Below are positions 1-8,176 of a DNA stretch of 28,707 nt, piece after piece. This stretch comes from Lentisphaerota bacterium (GTDB taxonomy: Bacteria; Verrucomicrobiota; Lentisphaeria; Oligosphaerales; PUNB01), in contig PUNB01000262.1 in assembly GCA_003552565.1 (NCBI GenBank), forward strand, positions 1 through 28,707, read 5' to 3'. Both the position numbers and the translations under genes were made by a program. Positions within the stretch are counted from its first letter, which is position 1. The number at the start of each line of letters is the position of its first letter. The notes under the pieces are model-generated. The model was given only the letters and a program-made list of their open reading frames with translations, made no database searches and had not been told where the DNA came from.

Positions 1-315
1 GTACCCTGTCGCGGAGACGCTCCCAAGCTTGATCAGGAGCAGATAGCCCACTATTTAGCCGGAGTGCCGCAATGGCAGATGGTGGAAACTGACGGGGTGA
101 ACAAGATTTTCCGGATTTTTAAGTTCAAGGATTTTGCCGAAGCTTTAAAGTTCACTGACCAGGTCGGCGAACTGGCGGAGCGGGCCGGACACCATCCGGA
201 TATACTTCTGCAGTGGGGTAAGGTTACGGTGACTTGGTACAGCCATAAGATCGGCGGGCTGCATGAAAATGATTTTATTATGGCGGCCCGCACCGACCGG
301 CTGTATGAAGCATAA
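1..315 (+). CDS. pterin-4a-carbinolamine dehydratase (PCD/DCoH), 5' end outside window
   Basis: ORF open to window start. Frame-1 translation '...LDQEQIAHYLAGVPQWQMVETDGVNKIFRIFKFKDFAEALKFTDQVGELAERAGHHPDILLQWGKVTVTWYSHKIGGLHENDFIMAARTD' matches the PCD fold signature ([EA]xxxxHHP..., 'W..V.V.L.TH..GGL'). Confidence 0.85.
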   Translation, partial: VPCRGDAPKLDQEQIAHYLAGVPQWQMVETDGVNKIFRIFKFKDFAEALKFTDQVGELAERAGHHPDILLQWGKVTVTWYSHKIGGLHENDFIMAARTDRLYEA

Positions 316-381
316 AGTTGATTAGCCTGAGACCGTCCGGAAAGGGGTATTGTGTGTTTTGAGTTCAACTTTCTCCCGAAT

Positions 382-416
382 CCGCCTGAGGCGGATTAGA
401 GACAAGGTTTTTTCAG
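382..416 (+). terminator. palindrome 'AATCCGCCTGAGGCGGATT' + GACAAGG + T6, terminator-like element downstream of the PCD gene
   Basis: Perfect 8-bp stem with a 3-nt loop, followed 11 nt later by TTTTTT. The same element recurs at 14779-14815. Confidence 0.45.
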
Positions 417-420
417 CACA

Positions 421-655
421 AATTCGGCACACTACCCCTTTCCGGATGCCCTCTAGCTCGAGGTTATGCGAAAAGGGTTTTGTGGAGCTCACAAGCTCGA
501 AAGTGACTGTGCGTTCCACGGCCAATTGGATTAAGGCGAATGATTATGACGAAAGATTAGGGAAAAACGGGTGCGTCCCTTAATCTTTTGCCCTAATCTT
601 TCGCCTTAATCTCGTTTCCGACCCTTTTTCGCGGAGGATCTAGCTCCGCCGGGAA
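421..655 (+). repeat. structured ~230-bp interspersed repeat, copy L (motif A - hairpin core - motif A)
   Basis: About 135 bp of core is roughly 90% identical to the reverse complement of 2640-2790. The core itself is an imperfect ~90-nt hairpin ('GATTAAGGCGAA..GATTAGGG' / 'CCCTTAATC..TTCGCCTTAATC'). It is flanked by motif A at 435-458 and 622-645. Confidence 0.8.
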
Positions 656-761
656 CTATTTGAATACTTTGATCTGATTCCGTTAAGATTCCGTTAAATT
701 GGTAACCCAAAAAAGCGTTTTGATCGCTGATTCAACATTGTAAGAAAGTTTAGCGATTCAT

Positions 762-1955
762 ATGAAAAGATATGTGGTGCTGGCCGCGGCGACTGTGTTT
801 CAGCTGTGTCTGGGCGGTGTTTACGCCTGGAGTTATTTTCTTTCGCATTTAGAAAGAGCTTTCGGGATTCCCGAGGAAAGGTCTCAGAACATATTCGGGG
901 TATGTATTTTCGTTTTTACTCTTTGTATGATTCTTGGCGGCCGTCTGCAGCATCGCTGGGGACCTCGCCGAGTGGCTTTGCTTGGAGCTTTGCTATACGC
1001 CGGCGGTTATTTGGGCGCCGGTTTCTTTGCTTCTCGGTTCTGGCATTTTCTACTTTTCAAAGGGATAATCGAAGGTGCGGGAATCGGTTTCGGTTATGTA
1101 TGTCCCTTAATAACCGCTCTGAAATGGTTTCCTAATCGCAAAGGGCTGGTTACCGGCTTGGTGGTCGGCGGTTTCGGCGGCGGCGCGGTGGTTCTTTCTT
1201 CGGCGGCGCATGCTTTGCTGGCCGACGGTCGTGAGTTATCTCAGGCGTTTGTCATACTGGGATTCGGATATCTTGTTATTGCGGGCGGGGCGGCGGCGCT
1301 GTTGTCCTGGCCCAAAGAGGAGATGCGGACGCAAAAAGGAGATTCAACTGCTAAGCAGTCGGAAATGGCTTTGTCCGTCATGTTTAAGGATAGTCGTTTC
1401 CGAAGCCTGGTCATGGCGATGTTCGCCGGCACTTTCGGGGGATTGATGATTATTGGATCTCTGGCCGCGATTGGACGCGAAGGCGGGGTGGCGGAAGGTT
1501 ACGCGGTGCTGGCTATCAGTATTTTCGCGGTCGGAAACAGTCTTGGCCGGCTGATATGGGGAATGTTGATTGATCGTTTTGGCAAGATGACCATTCCGCT
1601 TTCGCTGCTCTTTCTGGCTTTGGCGTTGCTGGTGTTGCTGTTTACTCGAACCTCGAGCCCAGTCCTGTTTGTGGCCGCCGCCGGCTTAACCGGCTTCGGT
1701 TTCGGCGCCTGTTTTGTCCTCTATGCCGCCCAGACCGCGGTTTTCTTTGGCGCCGACTTGGTGGGGGTGGTTTATCCGATTGTCTTTGTCGTCGGTTATG
1801 GTATTCCGGGGATTGTCGGTCCGGGTGTCGGCGGATTTTTGCGTTACATGGCGGGAAATTACAGTTTGCCGATCGTTTTCGCCGCGCTCTTGGCCGCTGT
1901 CGGCGGGATGTTTTCGGTGTTTAATTTCTCCCGAGCCGCAAAGCAGGGCGGATAA
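762..1955 (+). CDS. MFS transporter, oxalate/formate antiporter (OFA)-like
   Basis: 397 aa with about 12 predicted TM helices. N-terminus 'MKRYVVLAAATVFQLCLGGVYAWSYF' and Gly-rich helices are typical of OFA-family MFS. Confidence 0.8.
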   Translation: MKRYVVLAAATVFQLCLGGVYAWSYFLSHLERAFGIPEERSQNIFGVCIFVFTLCMILGGRLQHRWGPRRVALLGALLYAGGYLGAGFFASRFWHFLLFKGIIEGAGIGFGYVCPLITALKWFPNRKGLVTGLVVGGFGGGAVVLSSAAHALLADGRELSQAFVILGFGYLVIAGGAAALLSWPKEEMRTQKGDSTAKQSEMALSVMFKDSRFRSLVMAMFAGTFGGLMIIGSLAAIGREGGVAEGYAVLAISIFAVGNSLGRLIWGMLIDRFGKMTIPLSLLFLALALLVLLFTRTSSPVLFVAAAGLTGFGFGACFVLYAAQTAVFFGADLVGVVYPIVFVVGYGIPGIVGPGVGGFLRYMAGNYSLPIVFAALLAAVGGMFSVFNFSRAAKQGG

Positions 1956-2070
1956 GAGTGTGGTGAGGGACTTTGGAGAACCGTCTTATTCTGATTAATT
2001 AAGGTTGGTTTGACAATCGCTTCCGCCGGGCGGGGCGGTGTTTGCTGAAAATTTAATGAAGGTAGAATAA

Positions 2071-2565
2071 ATGCGTAAATCCAGACAAGAGAAGACTGAG
2101 CCTCCATCCACTGAAATCAGGCATGTGCATAAGACCATGCTTGATTATATACCTTTCTGGCAGGGTATGGGTTTTGTACTGATGATTGTACTGGTTTGGG
2201 CGGTTTATCTTTTTGAACTGCCGGAGTATTTTTTTTCGAGGGAAACCGAGACGGACTGGTTCGGCCTCAGCCTGATCACGGCGGTTATTATTGTCATGGG
2301 GTTTGTGATTGTCGCTCACTCGTATGTTCAGCAGCGGCGAATCTTACAGGGGTTGCTGCGCGTCTGTTCCTATTGCAAAAAGGTCAAGATAAAACAGAGT
2401 GAAGAATGGATGCAGCTGGAATATTATGTGTCAGAAAATTCACTGGCGGATTTCACTCATGGTATTTGTCCCGATTGCCATCAGCGGGTGATGCGGGAAC
2501 TGGGGAAGGATAAGGAAGAGAGCGAAGGCGCCGTCGAATCCTCGGAAGCGGAAGAAGGAAATTGA
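2071..2565 (+). CDS. small membrane protein (2 TM) with C-terminal CxxC...CPxC zinc-ribbon-like domain
   Basis: 164 aa. Two hydrophobic helices (MGFVLMIVLVWAVYLF, LITAVIIVMGFVIVA), then 'CSYCKKVKIKQSEEWMQLEYYVSENSLADFTHGICPDCHQ', then an acidic tail. The start follows the AT-rich 'aaggtagaataaATG'. Confidence 0.55.
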   Translation: MRKSRQEKTEPPSTEIRHVHKTMLDYIPFWQGMGFVLMIVLVWAVYLFELPEYFFSRETETDWFGLSLITAVIIVMGFVIVAHSYVQQRRILQGLLRVCSYCKKVKIKQSEEWMQLEYYVSENSLADFTHGICPDCHQRVMRELGKDKEESEGAVESSEAEEGN

Positions 2566-2604
2566 GACTCTTTTTTGATTTATTTGGAGCTTGCGATTTT
2601 GAAT

Positions 2605-2820
2605 TCGGCATATTTAGCTCGACCCGTCCGTAAAGGGTTCGGAAACGAGATTAAGGCGAAAGATTAGGGCAAAAGATTAAGGGGCGCACCCGTTTTTCCC
2701 TAAGCTTTCGTCATAATCTTTCGCTTTAATCTAATTGGTCGTAAAACGCACAGCCACTTTCGAGCTTGTGGCGTCCAGTTCAAAATCTTCAACGAACCCT
2801 TTCCGGACGGTCTAGCTCAG
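2605..2820 (-). repeat. structured ~230-bp interspersed repeat, copy R (inverted relative to 421-655)
   Basis: The reverse complement of 2640-2790 aligns to 476-612. Motif A occurs at 2616-2637 (minus orientation) and 2797-2817 (plus orientation, overlapping the TGA stop of the 2817-3896 gene). Confidence 0.8.
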
Positions 2821-3896
2821 TCCTGTCCGAAACTCATTTCCTCGAAGAGGCCATGGAAACGATGTCCGTAGGTTTCGTTTTCCAGTATATGCGATTGCGC
2901 CAGCTTCCTAAGTTTTTCCCTTTCATTGGAATGGTGTAGGTGGAAACGGGCTTTTCGCGCCAGCTCATCGGGACTGCGGAAAGTGCTGACGAGACTGTTT
3001 AAAGGATGTAGTTCGTCGAGAAAAGGCAGTTCCTCGGTAATCTGAAATCCGCCCGCGGCGGGAATTTTAAAAAAGGCGGGATTCAGGCCGTTATGCTGGA
3101 GAAAGTCCTGGCCGCGAGTGTTAATAACTATAGACGAGCAGGCGTAGATTTTCAATTCACTAGGGGAGCGTATAGGACCTTTGTAGTTTATCCAGCGGTT
3201 GTCTTCCCAGCCTTTATCGCCCCAAACGTTCACTTTTATCCCGAGCGCTTCGCTGGTTTTGCAGGCCAGCTCTTCTTCGTAGTCGCCACGATCGCAGATA
3301 AGTGATACTTCAGCACTGTATTTTCGCTTTAGTCTGGTATTGATTTTTACTTTGCGGTGGTGGTGAAACGGGCAGGCGGCAAAAGGCAGGTGAGTGATAT
3401 TTTCGGCTCCCCGGGTACGCAGGGTCTGAACATCCTTTTGACAAGTCAGAGGCAGCGCGTCAACTAGAGAGTCCATTTCCAGCAGCTGCTGTATCTGTTC
3501 CTCGTTTCGCACCGGCGCGCCCCGCCAGTAAATTATCCTGATGATTGGGTTGATGTCTCTTATGTTCTCAACCGCTTCTCTGTCCAGTCTCCCTTGAAGG
3601 CTTATTACCAACGGAGTTTTATGGAGGTTTGCCAGGTTGATTAACTTGCGGTTGGACATTTTCGTCCAAGGTATAAACACACCTGGCCGCCGGGATTTGT
3701 TGAGGCGGTTGTACAGCCAGTCGGAGAGTCTGGAAATTGGGTCAGGACAGTTGTGAAAATGTATGGCTGATTCCAGCCCCAGGGAGAAAAGGCCGGCTTC
3801 GACTGCCCACGTCCACTGGTTATCCCCCATCGCGCCTTCAATTGTCGCCTGCTTCCGGCCGCTTGCGTTTGGCGGTCCTTCAAAAAATTTTCTCAT
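2817..3896 (-). CDS. CgeB-family (spore-maturation-protein-CgeB-like) glycosyltransferase-like protein
   Basis: The C-terminal '...ARFHLHHSNEREKLRKLAQSHILENETYGHRFHGLFEEM' resembles CgeB/Glyco_trans_1_2 family ends. I chose the start at MRKFFEG (ATG 3896). The longer ORF to 4022 would translate the upstream 12-mer repeat array. Confidence 0.55.
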   Translation of the reverse strand: MRKFFEGPPNASGRKQATIEGAMGDNQWTWAVEAGLFSLGLESAIHFHNCPDPISRLSDWLYNRLNKSRRPGVFIPWTKMSNRKLINLANLHKTPLVISLQGRLDREAVENIRDINPIIRIIYWRGAPVRNEEQIQQLLEMDSLVDALPLTCQKDVQTLRTRGAENITHLPFAACPFHHHRKVKINTRLKRKYSAEVSLICDRGDYEEELACKTSEALGIKVNVWGDKGWEDNRWINYKGPIRSPSELKIYACSSIVINTRGQDFLQHNGLNPAFFKIPAAGGFQITEELPFLDELHPLNSLVSTFRSPDELARKARFHLHHSNEREKLRKLAQSHILENETYGHRFHGLFEEMSFGQD

Positions 3897-4082
3897 GGGC
3901 GTTTTTCTAGAGGTTATGCGGAAAGGTTGATGTTCCGATTTGTGTTGGTTTAACCATTGTCTAGAACCTTGTCTCGCACCTTGTCGGGAACAAAAAACTG
4001 AATCGAAAAAAGTGCGCGACAAAGTGTTGTAACACCCGATTCTCTCTCGGGGTGCCCGGCGCGTCGCGCCACGAACCGGCGC

Positions 4083-4616
4083 TTATGTGAGGCTTCGCGT
4101 TGTTGGGCACGTTAAACTGCCGGAGTTCCAGCCGCTGGAGACTTGCTCGGCGGAAGGCTGTGTGTCGTTATCACGCCGCGGCTCCGGCGGTTCCAGCTTC
4201 ATTATTCCCGAGGCGGAAAAAAGAATCATACCGATAATAATCAGGGACAAGACGGCGTATCCCCACACGCCATTGCGAGCGAAGGCGTAGATAGTGGGTA
4301 TTAGTCCCCAGATGACAACCGTGGTTCCCAAAGTCAAACCGAAAATTATCAAGCCGTCCCCGGTAAAGAGTTCATTCCACCAAAGGGAATGTATAGAGGG
4401 GATAGAGCCATGCAGGATTTTCCAAATTTCCGGACCTGAGACTCCCTCGAAGATCATGGCGAAAGTGAAGTAGGGATTCAAGGCTGTATCCTCAGGACGG
4501 AGGACGGATATAATGATTCCGATCAAACAGATAACGCAAGTGGATAAGGTTATCCAATATACCACTTGTCCATAAATTCTGTTGTAAAGAGGCGCCACTG
4601 GTCTGTCTTCAGTCAT
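4083..4616 (-). CDS. DUF1634-family small membrane protein, partner of TauE/SafE
   Basis: 177 aa with 4 hydrophobic helices. It overlaps the upstream TauE/SafE gene by 8 nt, a known conserved pairing. The C-terminal about 20 codons run into a repeat/hairpin, so the true stop is uncertain. Confidence 0.55.
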   Translation of the reverse strand: MTEDRPVAPLYNRIYGQVVYWITLSTCVICLIGIIISVLRPEDTALNPYFTFAMIFEGVSGPEIWKILHGSIPSIHSLWWNELFTGDGLIIFGLTLGTTVVIWGLIPTIYAFARNGVWGYAVLSLIIIGMILFSASGIMKLEPPEPRRDNDTQPSAEQVSSGWNSGSLTCPTTRSLT

Positions 4617-5700
4617 GATTGGGTTCCTTGATCAGGCTGGTTCCCGCGAAGAGGAAAAGCAAAGCTAAAATCGAAAAATCCAGCCAATAGGGAGTGGGAT
4701 TAATCCAGTGAAACATAGCCATGGCTCTGGTTATCAGCCCCCAGGCGGAAAAGCCCATAAGCGCTATCAGCAGCCAGCGTATGAATCCGGCTTTTATTCG
4801 CACCAGCAATAACGATCCGGCCAGGCCTCCCGCGACAGTTCCCGCCAGCCAGGGAGCGGCAAAGAGGGGAATTAAAGCTCCCATCATGAAGTAAGGCCAG
4901 ATCGCTATACTGCCGCCCATCCCCACTAATGAAACGCTGTTGGCGGCGGCTACTTTTAAAGGAGCTCCGGCAATGAAATTCTGGAAAGGCACCATGGCCC
5001 AGCCGGCTCCCATGCCGAAAAATCCCGATATCAGGCCGACAATCAGGATAGACAAAAAAAGCCAGCCCATATGGATCAGATCGTAAACCATTACTTTGCC
5101 CAGCGAAGGTTCGTAATATGGTTGTCGCAGATTAAGCGCAATGGTGATTTTATCTGATTTTTTTATTTTCGGCCATTCGATTTTACGTCCGCCGAAAATG
5201 AAGTAGATCACCATGCACGTTATCAAAATACCCAGCAGCAGGCGCACTAAAGCTTCTCCAGTGTCTCCCAGATAGCTGGCCACCCAGATCGCGCTCAACG
5301 CTCCCGTGAAAGCCGCGGCTCCGAAAGCCACACACAAAAAGATAACCATTTTTAAATTGGCCAGACCGCTACGCATGACTGTGCCGGTCGCTATAAGACC
5401 GCTGAACACTCCTACTATCAGACCTGTGCTTCTGGCGATAAGACTATCCACTGGCGTAAAGCCCATTATCAGGGGGGAAAAGATCACTCCGCCGCCGATT
5501 CCGCCGATGATGGCCAGCATGGCGATGGCCGCACCCATAAGGAAAAAACCCAGGAGACAGCCGAGGAGAGATACACCGGCCATGCCCCCTTCCGGCGCGG
5601 GCAAGGTGATGGCGGCAACTCCGATTAGAATAAAGGAGAACACGGACAGCAACACAAGGATGTTCAGTACAAGCCAGGGGGGCTTAAACAGCTTATTCAT
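4609..5700 (-). CDS. TauE/SafE (DUF81) family anion/sulfite exporter-like membrane transporter
   Basis: 363 aa with two internally repeated 4-TM halves and Gly-rich helices ('GGIGGGVIFSPLIMGF', 'GMGAGWAMVPF'). Confidence 0.8.
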   Translation of the reverse strand: MNKLFKPPWLVLNILVLLSVFSFILIGVAAITLPAPEGGMAGVSLLGCLLGFFLMGAAIAMLAIIGGIGGGVIFSPLIMGFTPVDSLIARSTGLIVGVFSGLIATGTVMRSGLANLKMVIFLCVAFGAAAFTGALSAIWVASYLGDTGEALVRLLLGILITCMVIYFIFGGRKIEWPKIKKSDKITIALNLRQPYYEPSLGKVMVYDLIHMGWLFLSILIVGLISGFFGMGAGWAMVPFQNFIAGAPLKVAAANSVSLVGMGGSIAIWPYFMMGALIPLFAAPWLAGTVAGGLAGSLLLVRIKAGFIRWLLIALMGFSAWGLITRAMAMFHWINPTPYWLDFSILALLFLFAGTSLIKEPNHD

Positions 5701-5819
5701 TTTTTGTCCTTTATGTCATTCAAAAGTGCGAAAATATTTGTATATAAAATTGGTTTGCTGAAAATTAAGCAGTTTTATCTCCACTTTATTGCAATACAGA
5801 ATAATGCTCATGCTAACAA

Positions 5820-5897
<78 letters not shown>

Positions 5898-5961
5898 TAT
5901 GCGCCCGCGGAAGGTGCCTCGCAAAGAGCGGTTACTTTAACTGATAAATCGGCAAAGTCAA

Positions 5962-6882
5962 TTATTCCGCGAAAATCGCCCGGGCGAACATTTCCGGATC
6001 AAAAGGCTGCAGGTCCTCCATGCCTTCCCCCAGGCCGACGAACTGAATCGGGTAGCCCAGCTCTTCGCAGATGGAGACCGCCACTCCGCCCTTGCCAGAA
6101 CCGTCAAGCTTGGTGAGGATAAGCCCGGTCAACTGACATGCCTTGCCGAATTCCCGGGCTTGAATGAGAGCGTTGCCGCCGGTGGAAGCGTCGACCGTGA
6201 GCCAGACCTCATGCGGCGCTTCATGGATGAGCTTGGCCGCCGCGCGACGGACTTTGGCGAGTTCTTCCATTAAACCTTTATGGGTGTGCTGGCGCCCGGC
6301 GGTATCGATGATCACCACGTCGATACACCGCTGAATCGCGGTGTTGACGGCGTCGTAAACCACCGCCGCCGCGTCCGCGCCTTGACGGCTGGCGACCACT
6401 GGACAGTTCAGTCTCTCTCCCCAGACCTTCATTTGTTCGATGCCGGCGGCACGAAAAGTATCGCCGGCGGCGAGCAGAATGGATTTTCCGTCCTGCTGTA
6501 AGAGGTGCGCCAGTTTGGCCGCGGTGGTGGTTTTGCCGCTGCCGTTGACACCGGCCACCAGGATCACGGTCGGACCGTCAGGATTGAAATTGATCTCCGG
6601 CTTCTGGTGCTGATTCAGCAAACTGGAAATATCCTCCCGAGCCACTTGCAGGATATCTTCGGCGGTTTTCACCAAACCCCGCTGATAGCGGTCCCGCAGG
6701 TCGTCAACCAGCCGGGTGCTGACGGAAACTCCGAGGTCGGCGCTGATCAAAACAGCTTCCAGGTCTTCGAAAGATTCTTCAGTCCATTCACCGGTTTCAC
6801 TGAAGATGCTGTGCAGCCGGCGGACTATGGTGGTTTTAGTCCGCTGCAATCCGCGGCGAAAAACATTGAACACTGATTTCAT
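5962..6882 (-). CDS. ftsY: signal recognition particle receptor FtsY (NG domain only)
   Basis: 'GVNGSGKTTTAAKLA', 'DTAGR' and 'TKLDG' are SRP-GTPase motifs. The start overlaps the nusB stop (ATGA). Confidence 0.9.
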   Translation of the reverse strand: MKSVFNVFRRGLQRTKTTIVRRLHSIFSETGEWTEESFEDLEAVLISADLGVSVSTRLVDDLRDRYQRGLVKTAEDILQVAREDISSLLNQHQKPEINFNPDGPTVILVAGVNGSGKTTTAAKLAHLLQQDGKSILLAAGDTFRAAGIEQMKVWGERLNCPVVASRQGADAAAVVYDAVNTAIQRCIDVVIIDTAGRQHTHKGLMEELAKVRRAAAKLIHEAPHEVWLTVDASTGGNALIQAREFGKACQLTGLILTKLDGSGKGGVAVSICEELGYPIQFVGLGEGMEDLQPFDPEMFARAIFAE

Positions 6883-7364
6883 CGCAGCTCCTTGAGTGCG
6901 TCCAGCACACCGTTGATAAAGCGCGGAGAATCTTTGTCTCCGAATTGTTTGGCTAATTCCACCGCTTCATTGATCGAAACTCCCCGAGGAATATCCGGGC
7001 GGTGGATGATTTCATAAGCGGCCAGACGCAGAATATTACGGTCAATGGCCGACATTCTTTTGAGTGACCAGTTGCTGGCCGCTTCCTGTAGAATCTGGTC
7101 CAGGTTTTCTCGATGGTCAATGATTTCCCGAAGCGTTTCCCAAATGAATTGACGGGTTTTTTTGGAGATTTTTTCCTGTGGATTTTCCTCCAGTTCCCGG
7201 GTTTGCAGCCAGAAAGCTTCGGCCTTCTTTTCCGGCCAATCCCAGTCGTCGGCGGTGTCTGATTGGTAAAGGGTCTGGATAATACACTGGCGGGCGAAAC
7301 GGCGTTGACGCTGGAATTGTTCGCCGGAGCCGTTCCGGGCAGGACTGGTGTCAGCTTCGGTCAT
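6879..7364 (-). CDS. nusB: transcription antitermination factor NusB
   Basis: 161 aa. '[42 protein letters not shown]' is the conserved NusB C-terminal region. ATGA coupling to ribH upstream. Confidence 0.8.
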   Translation of the reverse strand: MTEADTSPARNGSGEQFQRQRRFARQCIIQTLYQSDTADDWDWPEKKAEAFWLQTRELEENPQEKISKKTRQFIWETLREIIDHRENLDQILQEAASNWSLKRMSAIDRNILRLAAYEIIHRPDIPRGVSINEAVELAKQFGDKDSPRFINGVLDALKELR

Positions 7365-7852
7365 TGGGCCTCCGGCAGAGATTTCATCAGGTTCGCCATT
7401 TCGATGGCGGTCTGCGCCGCGCTGCCGCCGCGATTGCCGGCTTTGGTGCCGCTGCGTTCAATCGCCTGTTCCAGTGATTCCACCGTGACCACTCCGTAAA
7501 TCACCGGCAGACCTGTCTGCAATGAGATCTGCGCCAGGCTTTTAGCCACTTCCGAATTGACGTATTGCGCATGGGCGGTCGCTCCCTGGATAACCACCCC
7601 GAGAGCGATCACCGCGTCATAACGACCAGAGTCGGCCAAACGTTGAGCGATGGTGGGGATCTCGAATGATCCGGGACTCCAGGCCACCTCAATGTTCTCG
7701 CCGGTTCCGCCGTGGCGGACAATGCAGTCCAAGGCGCCGTCAAGAAGCTTGCTGGTGAAGAATTCATTGAAACGGCTGCAGACAATCGCGAATCGTAAGC
7801 CGGCAGCTTCCATCCTGCCTTCATAAACATTGCCTGGTTGTTTGTTGAGCAT
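7361..7852 (-). CDS. ribH: 6,7-dimethyl-8-ribityllumazine synthase
   Basis: '[31 protein letters not shown]...[18 protein letters not shown]' is the lumazine synthase signature. The ribH-nusB linkage is classic. Confidence 0.9.
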   Translation of the reverse strand: MLNKQPGNVYEGRMEAAGLRFAIVCSRFNEFFTSKLLDGALDCIVRHGGTGENIEVAWSPGSFEIPTIAQRLADSGRYDAVIALGVVIQGATAHAQYVNSEVAKSLAQISLQTGLPVIYGVVTVESLEQAIERSGTKAGNRGGSAAQTAIEMANLMKSLPEAQ

Positions 7853-7895
7853 TTTTCGTTTTCTCCTTAGTTAGACCTCGTTCGGAAAGTGTTTT

Positions 7896-8063
7896 ATGCC
7901 CCCGCCGGGCTTGTCCCGGCGGAGCAGTAGATTGGTTTTCAGAAATTTGCAGACACCCCCCTCATTTCCGCGGCATGACGGCGAGCCGACATGCCGCGGA
8001 AAAAAAAGCTTGAACATTCTTTTATTTGCAATCTTTCGCTCCGCCGGGACAAGCCCGGCGGGG
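7896..8063. repeat. triad of GC-rich hairpins in the ribH / PLD-gene divergent intergenic region
   Basis: 'CCGCCGGGCTTGTCCCGGCGG' at 7902-7922 and its inverted partner 'CCGCCGGGACAAGCCCGGCGG' at 8041-8061 flank a central perfect hairpin 'CCGCGGCATG-N12-CATGCCGCGG' (7969-8000) followed by A8. Confidence 0.6.
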
Positions 8064-8176
8064 GCGTATGAACTTTAAGCCTCCGGAGATACCTTTTCGC
8101 ATACCCTCTAGCTATGATTACCCTAGTGCCAGAATTGTGGCGGTTAATATAGCGCGGGAATTAACTTTTTAAACTA

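Noticed and set aside
350-583. 77-aa and 67-aa ORFs (350-583 plus, 322-525 minus) and 124-aa ORF 14723-15097
   Set aside because: They translate palindromic/tandem repeat DNA (shared 'IRLRRIRDKVF', 'LSRTLSRTLSRT') and are artefacts of the repeat elements.
421-2820. Classical IS element or composite transposon
   Set aside because: No transposase or integrase ORF lies between or beside the inverted repeats. The repeats are hairpin-rich and MITE/REP-like rather than IS terminal inverted repeats.
7896-8078. 60-aa plus-strand ORF 'MPPPGLSRRSSRL...'
   Set aside because: It lies wholly within the GC-hairpin triad. Pro/Arg/Ser-rich with no RBS.
7853-8176. FMN riboswitch (RFN element) upstream of ribH
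   Set aside because: I read the minus-strand leader and found none of the conserved RFN blocks (for example GGGGCAGGGTGAAATTCCC or AGTCTGGATGGGAGA). Only generic GC hairpins are present.
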